A stretch of 64,000 nucleotides of DNA from Octopus vulgaris (Eukaryota). A program made the position numbers and the translations under genes. The stretch spans positions 47,430,001 to 47,494,000 of the forward strand of contig OX597821.1 in assembly GCA_951406725.2 (NCBI GenBank), read 5' to 3'. The notes below the pieces were generated by a model that saw nothing but the letters and a program-made list of their open reading frames with translations, searched no databases and was not told the DNA's origin. This document shows positions 42,000 through 54,899 of the stretch, one piece after another; position 1 is the stretch's first letter; each line of letters begins with the position of its first letter.

Positions 42000-42580
42000 T
42001 ATAATAAGGTATATGATAAATTTTGACAGCTGCTCATTTTGCACCATTATTATATTTTGACAATCTTTATTCTTTTGCTAGAGAGCTGAAACATCTACTT
42101 CTTTATTCTAACTCATTTTGCACTTTATAAAATATTTATAAATTGTTTTTTGCTGTTTTTGTTTAGAGATGGATAAGTCGGAAATTCATACAGTGTTGAA
42201 ATATGAGTTCTTTCCTGGATATGCAGCATCACAGACAGCTTGGAATATTAATTGAGTATTTTATTCTAATGTTATTACACAGCAGACAGTATCAAATTGG
42301 TTTGCAAAATTTCTTTCTGGTAACTTTGACCTCACAAATGAGCAACACGGTTGACTAGAAACAAAGAGAGACCATGATGAACTAAAAGCCACTGTCAAGT
42401 CAGATCCATCTCAAAGTGGCCGTGAATTATTGCTGTTGTTTGGGGTTAGCAAGCAAATGATATTGACTCACCTAGTTCAAATCAGTAAAGTGAAAAATTT
42501 GGATAAGTGGGTTCAATATGAACTCAATGAAAATCAGAAACAGCAACATTTGGAAGCCTGCATTATGGTACTCTCTCATC
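42000..42580 (+). pseudogene. Mariner transposase N-terminal fragment (second subfamily)
   Basis: ATG at 42169, MDKSEIHTVLKYEF...WFAKFLSGNFDL...KLDKWVQYELNENQK (WVPHEL-like). Confidence 0.8.
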
Positions 42581-43681
42581 TCATAAATGTATAATTTTTG
42601 AATCAAATTGTAGATAATTCTTCACTCTTCTTTTGCTTAGTTTGGTTTTCTTTTTAAAAATATATCTCTGTATTACCATTTTCTATGGAATATAATTACT
42701 CATCACATTCCCTTTACATTACTATATCTTACACTATCTTTGTTAATTTTTTATTTAACAGTTCCTTCTAAACAATTGCATGACCCACCATATATAGGGC
42801 TATCACATTATCTATCTCTCCTGATACCTTTTTTCTCCCCATATGTTTGGATAAAAGAAATTATATCTTTCCTTAGTATGTATTATACCTATAATATTTT
42901 GTATTATATTTTGCACAATTGTGTCTATGTAACTGCCCCCTTTTTTCTTTTGTATTTCTTTATCCAACCCCTCTCATCATACCCATTCTAACTATTACTG
43001 GTTTATGTTACTTATCACTATACCTTATGATTACATATATTTTCTCTGCTGATATATGCATAAGTCCCTTTTATACATCATATTCTATCTTTAACCATTT
43101 TACCTCTGTATATCTCCTACAATTTGTGTACGTTATCTAGCTAGTATTGACTCTTTATATACCATCTCCTTACAATAAACTTTGTTCTTATACGTAGAAA
43201 ATTTTTTAAAGTACATCATACTACATAATGATTTCAATGGTCAGTTCATATTTAAATTCAGACCTAGGAGTGTCTTTCCATTGGACATTTCTAAAACATA
43301 CTTTGCCCTACACTACTTATTTCTAAAATTTTCTAATTTCCATCCTCATCTAAAGAGGGAACATCTCTGATACATCTTTACTTATATCTTCAAATAACCG
43401 TCATAGTGCTTAGTTATAGTTAACTAGCCAACATGATTCACGAGGATAAAATATGAATCTCCTATATTCAATTTTTCTACTATTATGCTTCTCACTTTAA
43501 CATTATGGATAATATCCATATTCTTTGTATATGTATGTATATATATGTATATGTATATATATGTATATGTATATATATGCATATGAATGTATATGTATAT
43601 ATATATATATGTGTATGTATATATATATATATATATATATAAATATATATCTCAAGTTCGTTGAATTTTTGTTTAAACTTA

Positions 43682-43797
43682 TTGCACTGAAGAGAACATT
43701 AACATATTTAATTAATTCAATTAATTTACTTTAATTTCATTCAAACATGAATTTGCATTATTATTTTTATACCTCTGTATGAAATGATCGTCTGCAA
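43682..43797 (+). ncRNA. Hammerhead-like motif with long AT-rich stem II
   Basis: UUGCA-CUGAAGA-(about 87 nt)-GAAAU-GAUC-GUC-UGCAA; 5-bp stem I, GUC triplet; stem II pairing poor. Confidence 0.6.
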
Positions 43798-43962
43798 GAA
43801 TGAAAAATTTTATATATTTTAAACAACATGTCTCCTCCAATTTTAATTAGATCATGCATTTTATGGGAATTCTTTCCATAAATTCACAATATACATTGTA
43901 TATATATGTATGAATATATATACACATATATATGTATGAATATATATACATATATATATATG

Positions 43963-43996
<34 letters not shown>

Positions 43997-44255
43997 GTCA
44001 ATAATAAAAGGGTAAAATTAATTAATAATTTTACCAAGTAGTGTTCAGTATGTGAAAAGACCATTTACGGTATATTTAAAACATTACGTTATATAATTAG
44101 GGTTCAGTAAAAAAATTTACTTTACTGCGCACTGAACTTTTAGAAATAGCAGATAAAAAATTTAGCTATTTCCTCTACTATAAGAAAAGTCTCCCAGACA
44201 ATGTATACTCAAAAATAATTCACATAGGTATAGAGGGAAAAATAACAAAAGATCA
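43997..44255. mobile_element. Dispersed repeat homologous to 6920-7110 (probable PLE terminal)
   Basis: gggtaaaattaatta...ttttaccaagta..ttcagtatgt.aaaagaccattta...tagctatttcc. Confidence 0.55.
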
Positions 44256-44299
44256 CACATACATCTATATATATATATATATATATATATACGTATGTT

Positions 44300-44632
44300 T
44301 ATGGAAATTGTAGTCGTAGTAAAAGGCACCATCCGCACGTGGCCGATGCTCACGCCGCCTTGGCTGGCGTCCATGTCGATGGCATGTAAAAAGCACCATC
44401 TAATTGTGGATGTTACCAGCCTCCTCTGGCCCCTGTGCCGGTGGCACATAAAAGTACCCACTATACTCACGGAGTGGTTGGCGTTAGGAAGGGCATCCAG
44501 CTGTAGAAACACTGCCAGATCAGACTGGAGCCTGGTGCAGCCTCCTAGCTTCCCAGACTCCAGTTGAACCGTCCAACCCATGCTAGCATGGAAAACGGAC
44601 ATTAAACGATGATGATGATGATGATGATGATA
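44300..44632 (+). mobile_element. RTE LINE 3' UTR fragment
   Basis: GGAGTGGTTGGCGTTAGGAAGGGCATCCAGC...(GAT)n. Confidence 0.85.
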
Positions 44633-44669
44633 CATGTATGTATATATACACAGACATGCAGGAAGTAAA

Positions 44670-45660
44670 TAGACACCTTTAATTTTCAAAATCTTTTATT
44701 TAATACACAAAGCTAACAATTGACATGTACTTGATAGGTAGGACTACATGCTTTAGTATTTAGTTGACATTCCTTTTTCAGATATCGTTTCAGAAACTCT
44801 TTTTGGCATTGAACTGATGAGTTTTGTGATTGTCTCTCGTGGAATTTCGGCCCACTTTTTACGCAACAATCGAAACAATTCATCTTTAGATTTAGGTTTC
44901 TGTCGATATTTTATGTATAATACTCTCTAGTATGCTCCAAAGATTTTCAATTGGGTTCATGTCAGGAGATTGGCTCAGCTAAGGAGGCTTTTTGGTCCCA
45001 TTTTCAGTCAGACATTGTTGATTCCTTTTTGCTGTGTGGCATGGAACCCCATCTTCCATGAATAAAAACTTATTTTTCCTTATGTTACCATGTGAAAACA
45101 TCGAAAGTAGTCCTTGCTTAAGTATTTCTATGTATTTTTCTGAGTTTATGGTTTCAACACATTCGATCAGCTCAGAACGACCATTGTTGATGACAGCTCA
45201 CCATACCATTACAGAGATACCACCATATTTCACAGTATTTGCAGTCGTTTCAAATCAAATTCTTGATTGGGAAGCCTCCAGACCCAAACACATCCACTGT
45301 CTAAAAATAATGCAAATCTGGATTCATTTGAGAAAATCCCTCTCTCCCACAATGAACTGGATTTTCCTGACATCTCCTTAGCCCATTTCTTTCTTTACAG
45401 GATATTAATTGGTTGATGGAGAGGTTTTCTTCTAGTTGCTCGTCCATAATACCCAAACTTGTGCAGATATGTAACACACTTTCTTGGACTAACTTCTAGC
45501 TGCTTTGCAATGTCAGAGGCCTTTGAATGAAGTTCGTTTTCCAACAGCAAAGCTTCCTTCCCGAGGGCCCAGGTCAGCCGGGATGAGAATCTGTTGATTC
45601 TTTACCTTGATTTTTGAATTGCACTATAATTCTATTAACAGTGGCAAAAGGAATTTGAAG
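44670..45660 (-). pseudogene. Tc1-like (DD34E) transposase pseudogene
   Basis: Minus-strand IFSNESRF, TVKYGGISVMVW, FMEDGVPCHTAK, SQSPDMNPIENLW. Confidence 0.85.
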
Positions 45661-45900
45661 ATAGAGGGAGGAAAAGAAATTTCAGAGAAATAGTTTAATA
45701 TTTATACACATTATATATTTAAATATTAACTCATTAGATGGTATATATGGAGATTGATCAATTAGATTTTACTGGTAATTAATAAAGAAGCACTTGTAAT
45801 TAATAAAGGAGCCTCAGTGCTACTTTATTAATTACCAGGAAAATCTAATTGATAAATCTCCATAGACACCATCTAATAAGTTGATATTTAAATATATAAT

Positions 45901-46464
45901 GCGAGCAACCCCCCCCCCCCCCAGCCCATCCAATGGACAGTGCTGAATCATATCTATTGAATAAAAAGCAATCAGTGTTTTCTTTTCATTAAAAAATAAT
46001 TAAGCATACCTTTATTTCAATAAAACTTTTGGTTTTGTTAAACAAAGTTAAAGCAAAAAAAAAACTTCTTGAGAAACCAAATAGTCTTTCCTTCCTTCAT
46101 GCCAAGTTTGAAGAAAATATCTCTTTTGCATATTACTTTTTTGATTTCTTAAATATACTGCATTTTGTGGCATTATTTCAAGCCAGCTGGCTTTTTTTGC
46201 GCAAACTGCACGTGCATTTTTCTCATGTACACGCAGTATCGATTGCAACAGCTGATGTACTTGCACATACAAATGCACGTTCCCATGGCTTTATCGATCG
46301 CATTCTCACCTGGAATCGATTTTTGTAAATTTTTCAAGACTTATACATGCCCTGATACCATCAGTATCTACATATCAAATTTGAGTGCAATCGGATGGAG
46401 GATGCCCGAGATCCTAGAAGACACACACACACACACACAGACTGAACAGATTTTATATAATAGA
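45901..46464 (-). mobile_element. Helitron-like non-autonomous element (5' TC end intact, no CTAG seen)
   Basis: Minus start A|TCTATTATATAAAATCTGTTCAGTCTGTGTG...CCGATTGCACTCAAATTTG, same style as 31139. Confidence 0.6.
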
Positions 46465-46782
46465 TGTATAAATATTAAACTATTTCTATGTAATTTCTTT
46501 TCCTCCCTCTGTTGTGGTAAAATTTGGTATATACTCAAAAGTATTCAAAGAAATTTTTAATCCTTTTGTTAAAATATCATTCTTAATAATCTTCTGGACA
46601 ACCCTAAATTTTAACTTAATACAATATTGCAATATTGTTTGAAATGGTCTTTAGAAATTATTTGATTTATCCCTTTCTTAAAGTGTTCTACCTTCTTGAT
46701 CTTAGTATTTATAAGGGCCTTTATACAAGTGACCTTTCTAATTAAGTACCCCTAAGAAACTATAAATATCATGTATGGAGTA

Positions 46783-47180
46783 ACTCTTACTCTTTTACTT
46801 GTTTCAGTTATTTAACTGTGGCTATGCTGGAACACCACCTTTAGTCGAACAAATCGACCCCAGGACTTATTCTTTGTAAGCCTAGTACTTATTCTATCAG
46901 TCTCTTTTGCTGAACCGCTAAGTTACAGAGATGTAAACACACCAGCATCGGTTTTCAAGTGATGTTGGGGTGACAAACACAGACACACAAACATATACAC
47001 ACACATACATATTTACATATATATGATGGGCTTCTTTCAGTTTCCGTCTACCAAATCCACTCACAAGGTTTTGGTCGGCCCAAGGCTATAGTAGAAGACA
47101 TTGCCCAAGGTGCCACACAGTGGGACTGAACCCGGAACCATGTGGTTCGTAAGCAAGCTACTTACCACACAGCCACTCCT
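46783..47180 (-). mobile_element. Full-length CORE-like tRNA-derived SINE
   Basis: A-box TGGCTGTGTGG, B-box GGTTCAGTCCC, core GGCACCTTGGGCAA, tail CAGCATAGCCACAG..CTGAAACAAGTAAAAGAG. Confidence 0.9.
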
Positions 47181-47599
47181 AATAACTTCTAAAACCAATA
47201 ATATTCCTCTTAGTTTTAAAATCAGTATATAATTAGAATGTCCTATAACATCATTATTCCTTTACCTAATACCAGGTATCAGTCTTTATTGATACTAGTT
47301 AAATAAGTAAATAAATAATTTTTAGTTTAGGATAAAAAGTTTGGTATAAACTCAAATGTATTCAAAAAAATTTTTAGCCTTTTGTTATAATATTCTTCTT
47401 AATAATCTTCTGAATAACCCTAAATTTTAACTTTATACTATATGGCAATATTGTTTAAAATATTTAACTATAGTACCCCATGATAAAATTTCCCCCGTTT
47501 CATTATCAAAGGTCTACTAGTGGCTTGCTCCTTTAATTGTCTGTTTCCTGCACCAGCTTCACATAGAAGCTTTGATTGCAGGACGGCTTGCTGTACTTA

Positions 47600-47906
47600 C
47601 CTTGGACCGTAGGGCAACCTGCCATGCTTAGAGAGACCTATTGAGTCAAGTACATCAAGATCAAAAAATCAAATGGAAATTGTAGTTGTGATACCTGTGC
47701 CGGTGGCACGTAAAAAGCACCCGCTACACTTACGGAGTGGTTGGCGTTAGGAAGGACATCCAGCTGTAGAAACACTGCCAGATCAGACTGGAGCCTGATG
47801 CAGCCTCCTGGCTTCCCAGACCCTGGTCGAACCGTCCAACCCATGCTAGCATGGAAAACGGACGTTAAACGATGATGATGATGATGATGATGATGATAAT
47901 GATGAT
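47600..47906 (+). mobile_element. RTE LINE 3' UTR fragment
   Basis: Same terminal motifs and (GAT)n tail. Confidence 0.85.
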
Positions 47907-47943
47907 AAATAAATAAATATATATATATGGATATATATATACA

Positions 47944-47993
<50 letters not shown>

Positions 47994-48026
47994 TATGGAT
48001 ATATATATATATATATATATAATATA

Positions 48027-48104
<78 letters not shown>

Positions 48105-48224
48105 AGTAGGTACTGTAAATTTAGATTGAATACTTGATAAGTGTGTGCACCTGTATATGTCAGATAGTGGCAGAGGTGAGAGAGATAATCAAACATAAAT
48201 AAAAAACAGAACACAAAGGATATC

Positions 48225-48316
48225 ACGGTACACATGTTTCAAGCTTTATAAACAATCTGTTATTACATCAGTATATTATTGATATAAAAGATGGTTTAAA
48301 GCTCTCTTCAGCCGCA
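48225..48316 (-). ncRNA. Hammerhead ribozyme with fully canonical core
   Basis: GCGG-CUGAAGA-GAGCUUUA...UAAAGCUU-GAAAC-AUGU-GUA-CCGU; stems I, II and III all pair; (TA)n about 120 nt downstream. Confidence 0.8.
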
Positions 48317-48567
48317 AATATTGTTAGTCCAAAGATTACATCACAAAATCAAAAGTACACGTAGTATTACCCATTATAATAGGTTTATCATGTCCCCGTT
48401 GAAAATGTATATTTGTATAAAGGTTCGTTGGATTTCAAAAATCTGCCCATACTGTACCACCATTCAGCATAGAGTGAATGTTAAATAGATTGGATTGAGT
48501 TTATATTTAATTAGCTTGTATAAGATAGAAAGAAAAAATAAAAGTTAAAAAATAAAGTGAGAAATAA

Positions 48568-49248
48568 AAAGGTGTCATCATACCACTTTTTTCCTCCTTT
48601 GTACGGCCACACCTTGAATACTGCTACCCACTGTGGTCTCCTCACACAAGACAAAACATCTCCAGAATTGAGTCACCCCAGAGGGCTCTCACTAAACAAA
48701 TTGAAGGCATGGCTGCTCTCGATTATTGGGATCGCCTTAAAGCCTTGAAACTTTACTCCCTCCAGTGTCGCCGTGAGCGGTACATCATTTGTAAGATGTG
48801 GAAAATATACCGCCAACTTTGCCCAAATGACCTAAACATTAGCTTCAAGGTTCATCCAAGACTTGGACCACGGGCTATACGTCCCCTGCCAAATTCAAGA
48901 TCACAACATACATGTACACTGCAACATAATTTCTTTTCCTCAACAGGCCCTGCCCTATTTAACATTGTCCCGAGGAGATCAAAGAGGAAAAGGATCCCAT
49001 CAACTTCAAACAGAGTCTGGATAGATTCCTTCAAAGAATACCAGATAAGCCACCCATAATTGGATACAACTCACCCAACAAGAACTCACTACTTGAACAA
49101 AACTGGATACATCTCACCCAACAAGAACTCACTACTTGAACAAAACTTGACTTAAACAGGATTCGAATAATCCTATCAGGTGGTGCTATTAAGTTAGACA
49201 TGGCCTGGACCAATCTCTGGTCGAAACATATCTAAGTTTATCTAAGTT
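48568..49248 (+). mobile_element. CR1-group LINE family B 3' fragment, near-identical to 56790-57470
   Basis: [21 protein letters not shown]; duplicated ctcacccaacaagaactcactacttgaacaaaac near the end. Confidence 0.9.
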
Positions 49249-49594
49249 AATAGAAGTAAAAGATAAGAGTAATAAAAGTAAAAATAAGGATAATAAAGTT
49301 AGATGCACATATAAATAAGATTTAGCAAAATTTGAATAAAGTAACAAAAGAAATAAAAACATAAAGTAGAATAAGAGATAAAGAGATAAGATACTGTAGA
49401 ACTGAGAACAGGATTTTGGCTTTGATGAGATGGTAGTGGTCATAAATAATTTCTTAGTTTGACCACTCATTGAATTATAGATCAAGGTTGTAATTTGATC
49501 ATTGTGGATGAATGGTCAGTTTACCCAAACTCACCACTACAAATTACTAGCTTTCTAAATTTATAGTATATGCATATGTGTGTATACACATGCA

Positions 49595-49635
<41 letters not shown>

Positions 49636-51136
49636 TAACATGCTCGAGTGTATACAAGTATGCCTCATTATGCCCAGCTTTAAATATATTAATATGCACA
49701 TACATCTCCACACATATCTACAGTTACACCCTAGTAAACATATACATACACTAACATATCCACATATCCTTAAGCACATGTACAGATATAGATATACATA
49801 TATATCTCCATGTATAGTATCCACATACATTCACGCATGTCCATCCATGTATACACACATACAATACACCTTACCAGTGTACATCTTATTTTTGAGTACG
49901 TATCAGTTATATTTAATATACTATTCTCAATAGATTGTGTTCCATATATTTAAAAGTTAAAAAAAAACATTTTTTAGATCTGTCTATGACAAATCCAATA
50001 GGCCTAGTATTAAGTAACAACAAGTTGAAATGAGGGATTATCAATAAAGGAAATGATTTAAAAAGAAAATAAATAAAATAAATAAATATAAGTGATAAAA
50101 GGCAGTAGCAAATTAACAATAAATGAAGTAATTAATATAGAGATATAAGGTTCTATATGAATAGAGTTATGGAAGGATCATTTTTAAAAAATAGAGTTTT
50201 ACAAGAATCATTTTTTAAAAAAATAATCATGAAAGAGCATTAGAAGTAGTAAAAATACCGACAGAATAAACCGGTAATATTAGAAAGATGTTGTAAGATA
50301 TCAAAAATATATCAAAATCCATCAAATATATTTGGAAATATACAAAAGATATCTGACACGATACATAAAAAGATAAATAATAATAGGTTACAAAGAGGTA
50401 AAAAGCAAAGTGAAAATGTAAAGAATAAAATAAAAAGAAATGAAAATTACGATGGAAGTTAAAAATAAAGTACGGAGAAAAATTATAATAATAGTAATAA
50501 TAGTAATAATATAAAAATATAATAGTAATAATATAGTGATTGGAGAGATATCAAGTCTATCCACTTGTGTAAATTATACTCCTATTTTAATTGTTTAGGA
50601 AGTGTTATAGGAAGATAAAAAAGTCTAGGTTCCTATCCACTCTTGATTACTAGTATAATATTGTTATAAATATTATTGAAGTTATTAGTTTTGGCTAATA
50701 GGACCTATGTGAATGGTAGTGATATTCTAAATTTTAGAGTCAATGACTAAATTATTTAGATATGTTCTTTATAAGTCTAAAGTCCTCGGATTGTTTAACA
50801 CATGTGCACAATATGGGGTCAGAATCTAGCTAGGTAAAAGTAAACCGAATAAGTAGGTAGTTGGGGGTAAGCCCAGGAATTGTTAATTCAATGCCTGAAT
50901 AGTGACAGGATAGAGCAGATGATGGAATTTCCAATGAGAGAAGATCACGAAGGGATTAAAATAGATAATGGAGACTTAAGGCTTATAGTATTTAAAGGTT
51001 TTAGTCAATTTATGCATACAAGTTGGTTTGAATTCTGATCTTTTATTAACTAGCTTCTCCTTATCAGGGAATCTAATGATTTTCAAGAGTTCTAAGGAAC
51101 ATAACTGGCAACCAGTTCTATTATTTTTATTATTTA

Positions 51137-51179
<43 letters not shown>

Positions 51180-51192
51180 TATATATATATAT

Positions 51193-51616
51193 ACTCTTTA
51201 CACTTTTACTCTTTTACTTGTTTCAGTCATTTGACTGCGGCCATGGTGGTGCACCACCTTAATCCAGAAATCGATCCCAGGACTTATTCTTTGTAAGCCT
51301 AGTACTTATCCTATCAGTCTCTTAGGCCAAACCACTAAGTTACAGGGATGTAAACACACCAGCATTGGTTGTCAAGCGATGTTGGGGTGACAAACAGAGA
51401 CACACAAACACACACCCACATGTGACCTTGTGTGTACCGTTGGCGATTTTTTTTCGTCTGGCTTCTCATCTCTGGATCTTTCCTTCTCCTATGTTTCCGA
51501 CGAAGAGCTCCGCTCGAAACATTAAACCCTCCTCCTTTCCTGAGCGTCCAATAATACTATATTTGTTCCATGTCCTCGCGTTGTTGTGTTTTTTTTTTGT
51601 GCTTTCTTGTTTGGAT

Positions 51617-51655
<39 letters not shown>

Positions 51656-51780
51656 CAGGATTCTTTCAGTTTCCATCTACCAAATCCACTCACAAGGCTT
51701 TGGTCAGCCTTAGGCTATAGTAGACGACACTTTCCAAAGGTGGCACGCAGTGGGACTGAGCCTGGAACCATGTGATTGGT
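51193..51780 (-). mobile_element. CORE-like SINE interrupted in its internal microsatellite by an HHR element (51420-51622)
   Basis: Tail at 51193-51418 and head at about 51650-51780 are colinear with 46783-47180. Confidence 0.85.
51493..51527 (+). ncRNA. Minimal hammerhead ribozyme variant
   Basis: GUUU-CCGACGA-A-GAGC UCC GCUC-GAAAC-AUU-AAAC; same family as 7243-7280. Confidence 0.65.
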
Positions 51781-52411
51781 AAAACCAGATGTTAGCTGAA
51801 AATTAATTTTCAGCTAACATCTGGTTTTATGTTTTCCCTTACTAGACCTCATGACATTGCTTCTAATAAATCTTAATTTTTATGACTATACCAACTATGA
51901 TTTCTGTCTGCTCCCTCAACCCTACCCCAAACAGATACTGCCCTCTGTTTCTCTCATCCTTAAATATACATGGGATTTGATAAACTAGTCTATAAATTAA
52001 AAATGACCCCATAAAAAACAAAATAATGAGTGATAGGCAGTGTCTGCTTGAAAATTTTAGCTACGGCTATGCTGTTGTAGGTACATGTTCTTTGTCTATC
52101 TTGTTAACTTCTTGGAGATTTCAAGTATAATTATACTAATGTGTCCATCTGTTCTAATTTAACTAAATTCTATGTCTTTGTGCAGCTGAAGATTGCTCTA
52201 CATTTTAAATTGATGTAATGATTGCATTATTCAATTAAATGGAGTTGCATGAAACGATCAGACTGCATAACCTTTGGATATCCTTGCTGCTTATTTTAAT
52301 TTTAATCACTTATTTTGAGATTGTATGGATAATACCGTACTAAATTCTGGTGCCTCAACTTAAGTAACATATTCATCTGAATCTAAATTTTTGCTGAGCT
52401 CCTCTACCATA

Positions 52412-52415
<4 letters not shown>
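51780..52415 (+). mobile_element. PLE 3' fragment with a perfect 50-bp 5' palindrome and a decayed HHR (52181-52267)
   Basis: TAAAACCAGATGTTAGCTGAAAATTAATTTTCAGCTAACATCTGGTTTTA; UGCAG-CUGAAGA...GAAACGAUC(AGA)-CUGCA; ends at (TA)n. Confidence 0.65.
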
Positions 52416-52444
<29 letters not shown>

Positions 52445-52471
52445 TCATCATCATCATCATCATCGTTTAAC

Positions 52472-54830
52472 CCCCACTAATAGACTATTGATAATGAAAC
52501 AGGGGAAGTTTTATCATGCAGCACTATAGTTAAATACTTTAAAACAATGTTGCTGTATTGTATACAGTTATAGTTTAAGGTTATTCAAAAGATAATTAAG
52601 AAAAATATTGTAACAAAAGGATAGGAATTTATGAATACTTTTGGGTATATATCAAACTTTTACCACAATAGAGGGAGTAAAAGAAATTATATAAAAATTG
52701 TTTAATATTTCTACATATTGTACACTTAAATACTAACTCATCAGATGGTATCTGTGAATATTGATTAAATGATATTTACTGACATTAATAAAGGAGTATT
52801 GAGGTAAAAGAACATGCTAATTATATATTAATAACATTTTAATCTAAGCAGTTTTTTCATAAGTATTGAATATATCAGTATAGTTTTATATAAGCTAAGT
52901 ATGAAATTTATAGAGATACGAAATTTAGAATAATTTTATCCATAAATAAAGGCTAATTATAAAATAAAATAATCAAGGGCTTGAACACCATAGGAAAGGA
53001 ATAAAATGGCTTAATTACTAATATTATGGTAAAGTATATGTAGCTTGTCAACACCAATAGAGAAGATTTTTTTAGAAAAAGTATAATAATTCAAAATATA
53101 TTAGACTAAAAATTATATTTACTTATTTAGCAAATATCTATAAAAAACTGATGTCTGGTATCAGCTAAAGGAATATTTAAGTTATGGAACAATTCTATTT
53201 AACACTCATCTTTTTTTAAATTTAGGATTATTTTATAGTTTTAAGAAGTTATTATTATTACTCCCTACATTATATTTATAGTTTCTTAGTGGTACTTGAT
53301 TAGAAAGGTTATTTATACAAAGGTCCTTTAAATGCTAAGATCAGGAGGGTAGAGCCAATTTAGAAACGGAAAAATCAAGTAATTTTTAAAGATCATTTCA
53401 AACAATATCATCAAAACTGTATAAGGTTAAACTTTTAGGGTAAACAAGAAGATTATTAAGAATGAAAATTTTAACAAAAGTATACCACTTCTGTGAATAT
53501 TATGAGTATATACTGAATTTTTACCACAGTAGAGGGAGGAAAAGGAAATTGCAAAAAAATAGATTAATATTTATATACTTATTACTTATCTAAGATATTA
53601 ACTTATTATATTAACTAACTAACTGACTATATGGTTTCCATGGAAATTGATCAAATGGAATTAACTGGTATTTAATAAGGTGGCGGGGTGGGGGTGGCAA
53701 TTGGGGTTAAAGAACATGTCAACTATATACTCATTTAATAAAATTGAACTAATTTTAAGTTGTGGAGATACCAGTATTAACTTATTTAAGCTGAATATGA
53801 ATTAATAGGAGTACAAGGATTATATTTATTTAAGGCTGTAATAAAAATAACAATAACAACAATAACAAAATGATCAGTTAGGGTAGAGCATCATGGAAAA
53901 GTAATAAATAGACTAATCACTAAAAACCATAATAAAATAATAAAATATTCATACCTTATTAACTCTAATAGCAAGTATTTATAGAAAATGTATAATAATT
54001 TATGAGCTAAAAATTGTTAATTAACTTACTTAGCTTATTATAATCAGGACTGAAACCTGATATTAGTTGAAAAAATAATTTTTGCTAAAAGGACAAGCTA
54101 ACCATATACTAAAATTAAATTAAGAGGTATAATATAGATTTCAAAAGTTATTTGTGTTAATCCATAAATGATATTACAGTTTCTTAGGGGTACCTAACTA
54201 GAAGGGCTATTTGTATAAAGCCAAAATAAATACCAAAATTAAGAGAATGGAACAATTTAAGAAAGAGATAAAAAAACTTAATTACTAAAACTATTTTAAA
54301 CAGTATTTCATTTTTTTTTCTATAAGGCTAAAATTTAAGGTTATCAGGAAGATTTACCATTTAGGTGAGAGAACAAATATACAACACATTAGTTAAATTA
54401 TAATTTAGGCAGTTTAATTTTAAATTATGAAGATACCCATATTGTTTTTTATAAGCTAAGTATGGATTTATAAGGGTACAAAAATTTAGGTTTTTATGAA
54501 GGTAATTATAAAGTATTAAATTGATCGGGTAGAGTAGAAACACCATAGAAAAGGATATAAAATAGCTTAATCCCTAAAATCATGATGAAGTATCTATACA
54601 ACTTAGTAACTTCAATAGAGAAGATTTATAGAACATATGCAATGATTCAAGAAATTAAAAATTGTTTATTTACTTAATTAGCTTGAGTCTTTAATCACTT
54701 ATACCACGTATTAACTAAAAAAAAAAAAAATTTTGTAGAGTATGCTACCTATGCACTGATTTTAAACTAAGAGGTATATTATACGTTTTAGAACTCAAGA
54801 TCAATAAAGTGCTACTCTCTAAAATATTTG
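52472..54830 (-). repeat. About three degenerate tandem 0.9-kb units derived from a PLE RT core
   Basis: Recurring blocks at about 52560/53420/54320, 53060/53960/54610 and 53280/54180; minus translation LISGFS..NKLSKLINNF and IFSIEVTKLY..HHD(L)GIKAI. Confidence 0.55.
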
Positions 54831-54899
54831 AAGGTATGGGTGGTACTATGTACGCATGAAACCCTAAGGTCTAATCAATTATTGATCAGGTTAACATTA

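Larger units (their letters stand above)
45660..47525 (+). mobile_element. Degenerate PLE RT-core sequence with a 5' fold-back, interrupted by a Helitron-like insert and a SINE
   Basis: Homologous (inverted) to 52472-54830; hand translation gives LNNLLDNPKF and FLDLSIYKG; arm 45661-45790 is the inverse of 45820-45900 plus 46465-46510. Confidence 0.55.

Noticed and set aside
47590-47610. Perfect minus-strand donor AAG|GTAAGT
   Set aside because: Lies at or in an RTE UTR fragment with no upstream acceptor or ORF
52700-52750. CTGATGA...GAAA on the minus strand
   Set aside because: No stems I or II; lies within the degenerate RT unit
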